DNA from: an uncultured Actinomycetota bacterium
Lineage (GTDB): Bacteria > Actinomycetota > Thermoleophilia > RBG-16-64-13
Length of the DNA stretch: 64,000 nucleotides
Assembly: GCA_963701105.1 (NCBI GenBank)
Contig: OY969565.1
Location: 102,396 to 166,395 of the forward strand
Reading direction: 5' to 3'
A model generated the notes under the pieces. The model worked only from the letters and a program-made list of their open reading frames with translations. It searched no databases and had not been told where the DNA came from. The translations under genes and the position numbers were made by a program. This document shows positions 62,263 to 64,000 of this stretch, piece by piece (position 1 is the stretch's first letter; every line of letters starts with the position of its first letter).

Positions 62263-62432
62263 GCAGCCTCCTTGTTTGGTCACACCGTTCCTACCCTTGG
62301 CGGCCTTCCATCCATGCATCCGCGTTCTTGGCGACATCCTGCCTCTTCCCTAATAGTCTCATCATCTTCGACCTGCACACTGAGTAAGGCAACAGGTCCA
62401 ACGATCCCCCGAAGGGGGAAGGAGGAGTGCAT

Positions 62433-62999
62433 ATGAGGACACTAGCAGGTCACAGGTGGGCAGTCGGAGCGGCGGCCCTTATGCTCGTCTTCGCGCTCGG
62501 CGCGATTTCGTGGGCTGCGACGGGGGATGCAACGGCCGTCGATCCCACCCCCGACTCGGCTCTCGTACCTCCGGGCCCGGGATTCGGCATGCCCGGTCCT
62601 GGCGGGAACGCCCCCGAGGGCGACTTCGCGGCCTTCGGCCGATTGGGCGGCCACGGACGGATGGGCGGACCGCTCACCGACGAGATGAAGGCGCAGATAG
62701 AAGAGCGCCGCACGCAGATGGAAGCCCAGCGCAAAGCCTTCAACGATCTCATCCGCGAGAAGATGTCGGCCGATGACCAGGCCGCGTTCGATTCTCTGCT
62801 CGCGACCGCCCAGACGCAGCGAGACGAACTACAGAAGGCACAAGAGGCATTGCAGGGTACGACTTCCAAGATCCGAGACCTCGTCGGCAAGTACTTCCCG
62901 TTGGCCGACGCCGCAAGCGGGGCCACGAGCAGCACCACCGGCAGCACCGACACCACGGGCACGTCCGGCACGACCGGGACGACGAGCCTAGGACTCTGA
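62433..62999 (+). CDS. secreted Spy/CpxP-like (LTxxQ-type) protein with Thr/Ser/Gly-rich tail
   Basis: ATG 62433 lies 7 nt after GGAGG, whereas the track start GTG 62427 is too close to the RBS. Signal peptide AVGAAALMLVFALGAISWA. LTDEMKAQIEERR resembles the LTXXQ motif. Helical, Gln/Glu-rich. Sits next to a response regulator. Confidence 0.5.
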   Translation: MRTLAGHRWAVGAAALMLVFALGAISWAATGDATAVDPTPDSALVPPGPGFGMPGPGGNAPEGDFAAFGRLGGHGRMGGPLTDEMKAQIEERRTQMEAQRKAFNDLIREKMSADDQAAFDSLLATAQTQRDELQKAQEALQGTTSKIRDLVGKYFPLADAASGATSSTTGSTDTTGTSGTTGTTSLGL

Positions 63000-63016
63000 C
63001 AACGAAGGACTCCGGA

Positions 63017-63056
63017 GGGGAGCGCGCGGCAGGCCATCGCCTGCCGCGCGCTCCCC
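63017..63056 (+). terminator. 18-bp perfect stem / 4-nt loop hairpin after the Spy/CpxP-like gene
   Basis: GGGGAGCGCGCGGCAGGC-CATC-GCCTGCCGCGCGCTCCCC, 17 nt after the stop. No U-tract. Confidence 0.5.
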
Positions 63057-63212
63057 ACTTGGCGCCGAATCCGGCCGTCGTCATGGACACGCCTCCCCCC
63101 ATGCCTCTAAGATGGCCGGGTGGAGGCGTTCGGCGCGGTCGGTCGGGTGGACCCCGTCGCAGGCGGGCTCGGTCTGCGGAACGCGATAGATACTTACGAG
63201 AAGGAGGCCGCC

Positions 63213-63932
63213 GTGGTAGGGAGACGTGAAGGTGAACTCGGCACCATCGTCGTGGTCGAGGATGATCCTTCCATCTCCGAACTCCTAGAGCTGTACCTGG
63301 ATAACGAGGGCTACCTGGTGGTCTCCACATCGAGTGCCGTAGCCGCGCCCGAGCTGGTCAGAGCGAATTCGCCGGTGCTCGTGATACTCGATCTCATGCT
63401 GCCCGACGGCTCGGGGCTACGGGTGCTGAAGGATGTACGCGCGTTCTCTTCGGTGCCGGTGATCATCCTTACGGCGAAAGACGCCGACCAGGACAAGATC
63501 TTGGGCTTGGAGCTCGGGGCCGATGACTACATCACGAAGCCGTTCAACCCCGGCGAACTCGTCGCCCGCGTGCGGGCCGTCCTCCGACGCGCGGCACCGG
63601 CGGGCGAATCGGGAGTCCAGGTGTTGGGCGGGGTGGAGGTGCTGGTCGACGAGAGGGTGGTCAAAGTCGACGGCGTGCGGGTGGAGCTGACTCCTCGGGA
63701 GTTCGATCTGCTGCACTACCTCTTCGTGAACCGCGGCATCGCCCTGTCGCGAGAGCGGCTCCTTGAAGAAGTGTGGGGCTATTCGTTCTACGGCGACGCG
63801 CGGACCGTAGACGTGCACATACGGCAGGTGCGCAAGAAGATCGGGCGTTGGGCCGTGGTCATCCAGACAGTGTGGGGCGTCGGCTACCGTGCCGACGCCA
63901 CGGCCGTCCCGACTGAGGCCGTCCACGACTGA
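63213..63932 (+). CDS. OmpR/PhoB family response regulator
   Basis: GTG 63213 after GAAGGAGG plus 5 nt. VVVEDDPSISELL...VILDLMLPDG receiver domain plus a winged helix (VWGVGYR). Confidence 0.9.
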   Translation: MVGRREGELGTIVVVEDDPSISELLELYLDNEGYLVVSTSSAVAAPELVRANSPVLVILDLMLPDGSGLRVLKDVRAFSSVPVIILTAKDADQDKILGLELGADDYITKPFNPGELVARVRAVLRRAAPAGESGVQVLGGVEVLVDERVVKVDGVRVELTPREFDLLHYLFVNRGIALSRERLLEEVWGYSFYGDARTVDVHIRQVRKKIGRWAVVIQTVWGVGYRADATAVPTEAVHD

Positions 63933-64000
63933 GGACGCTCCGACTGAGGACGCCCCGCCCGGGGCAGCCGAGGGAGATGACGGGGACTGATGACGGAGTC

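Noticed and set aside
62263-62430. Canonical tandem glycine riboswitch upstream of gcvT
   Set aside because: Only fragmentary similarity to the GGAGAG / CCGAAGG / CUCAGGCAAAAGGAC elements, in incompatible order and spacing. Kept only as a low-priority check.
1-64000. CRISPR arrays, rRNA/tRNA genes, transposases, integrases, prophage or defence-island genes
   Set aside because: No regularly spaced direct repeats, no rRNA/tRNA-like conserved segments noticed by eye, and no ORF with transposase, integrase or nuclease/ATPase defence signatures. A tRNA scan by software is still advisable.

Overview
GC-rich bacterial chromosomal window, roughly two-thirds G+C by eye. It has many GTG/TTG starts, 4-nt overlapping (translationally coupled) genes and at least one leaderless promoter. 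Together with rubrerythrin, a flavodiiron protein and selenocysteine use, this suggests an anaerobic, possibly Actinomycetota-like organism (inference only). Left to right, the housekeeping blocks are: leuB-cimA, feoAB, dnaE, a his operon (hisZ-G-D-B-H-A-F), dcd, selD and gcvT-PA-PB. Accessory content includes MFS transporters, a TipA-type MerR regulator, a Phd/RelE toxin-antitoxin pair in a lower-GC islet, an oxidative-stress cluster, two OmpR-type two-component systems and an RsbW/STAS pair. A glycosyltransferase/GH1/SLH cluster is also present. Two things stand out. (1) The ORF track splits three genes at in-frame TGA codons that are best read as selenocysteine. They are selD (U17, aligned with catalytic Cys17 of E. 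coli SelD), a tandem GNAT-like/rhodanese fusion (C-x4-U) and a glutaredoxin-like protein (U-x-x-C). Each TGA has a GC-rich hairpin 13-15 nt downstream. The last two sit in one tightly coupled operon with an O-methyltransferase. (2) A complex I-like locus is split into two divergent operons: nuoA-H-J-K-L-N on + and nuoB-C-D-I on -. No nuoE/F/G or nuoM lies in the window, and NuoI carries a ~490-aa GltD-like NAD(P)H/FAD/Fe-S insertion, a candidate built-in electron-input module. Three genes (nuoC, nuoN, the O-methyltransferase) show single-nucleotide frameshifts that may be assembly indels or real pseudogenisation. No rRNA, tRNA, CRISPR array or transposase was recognised. Many long Arg-rich ORFs in the track are shadow ORFs of real genes.
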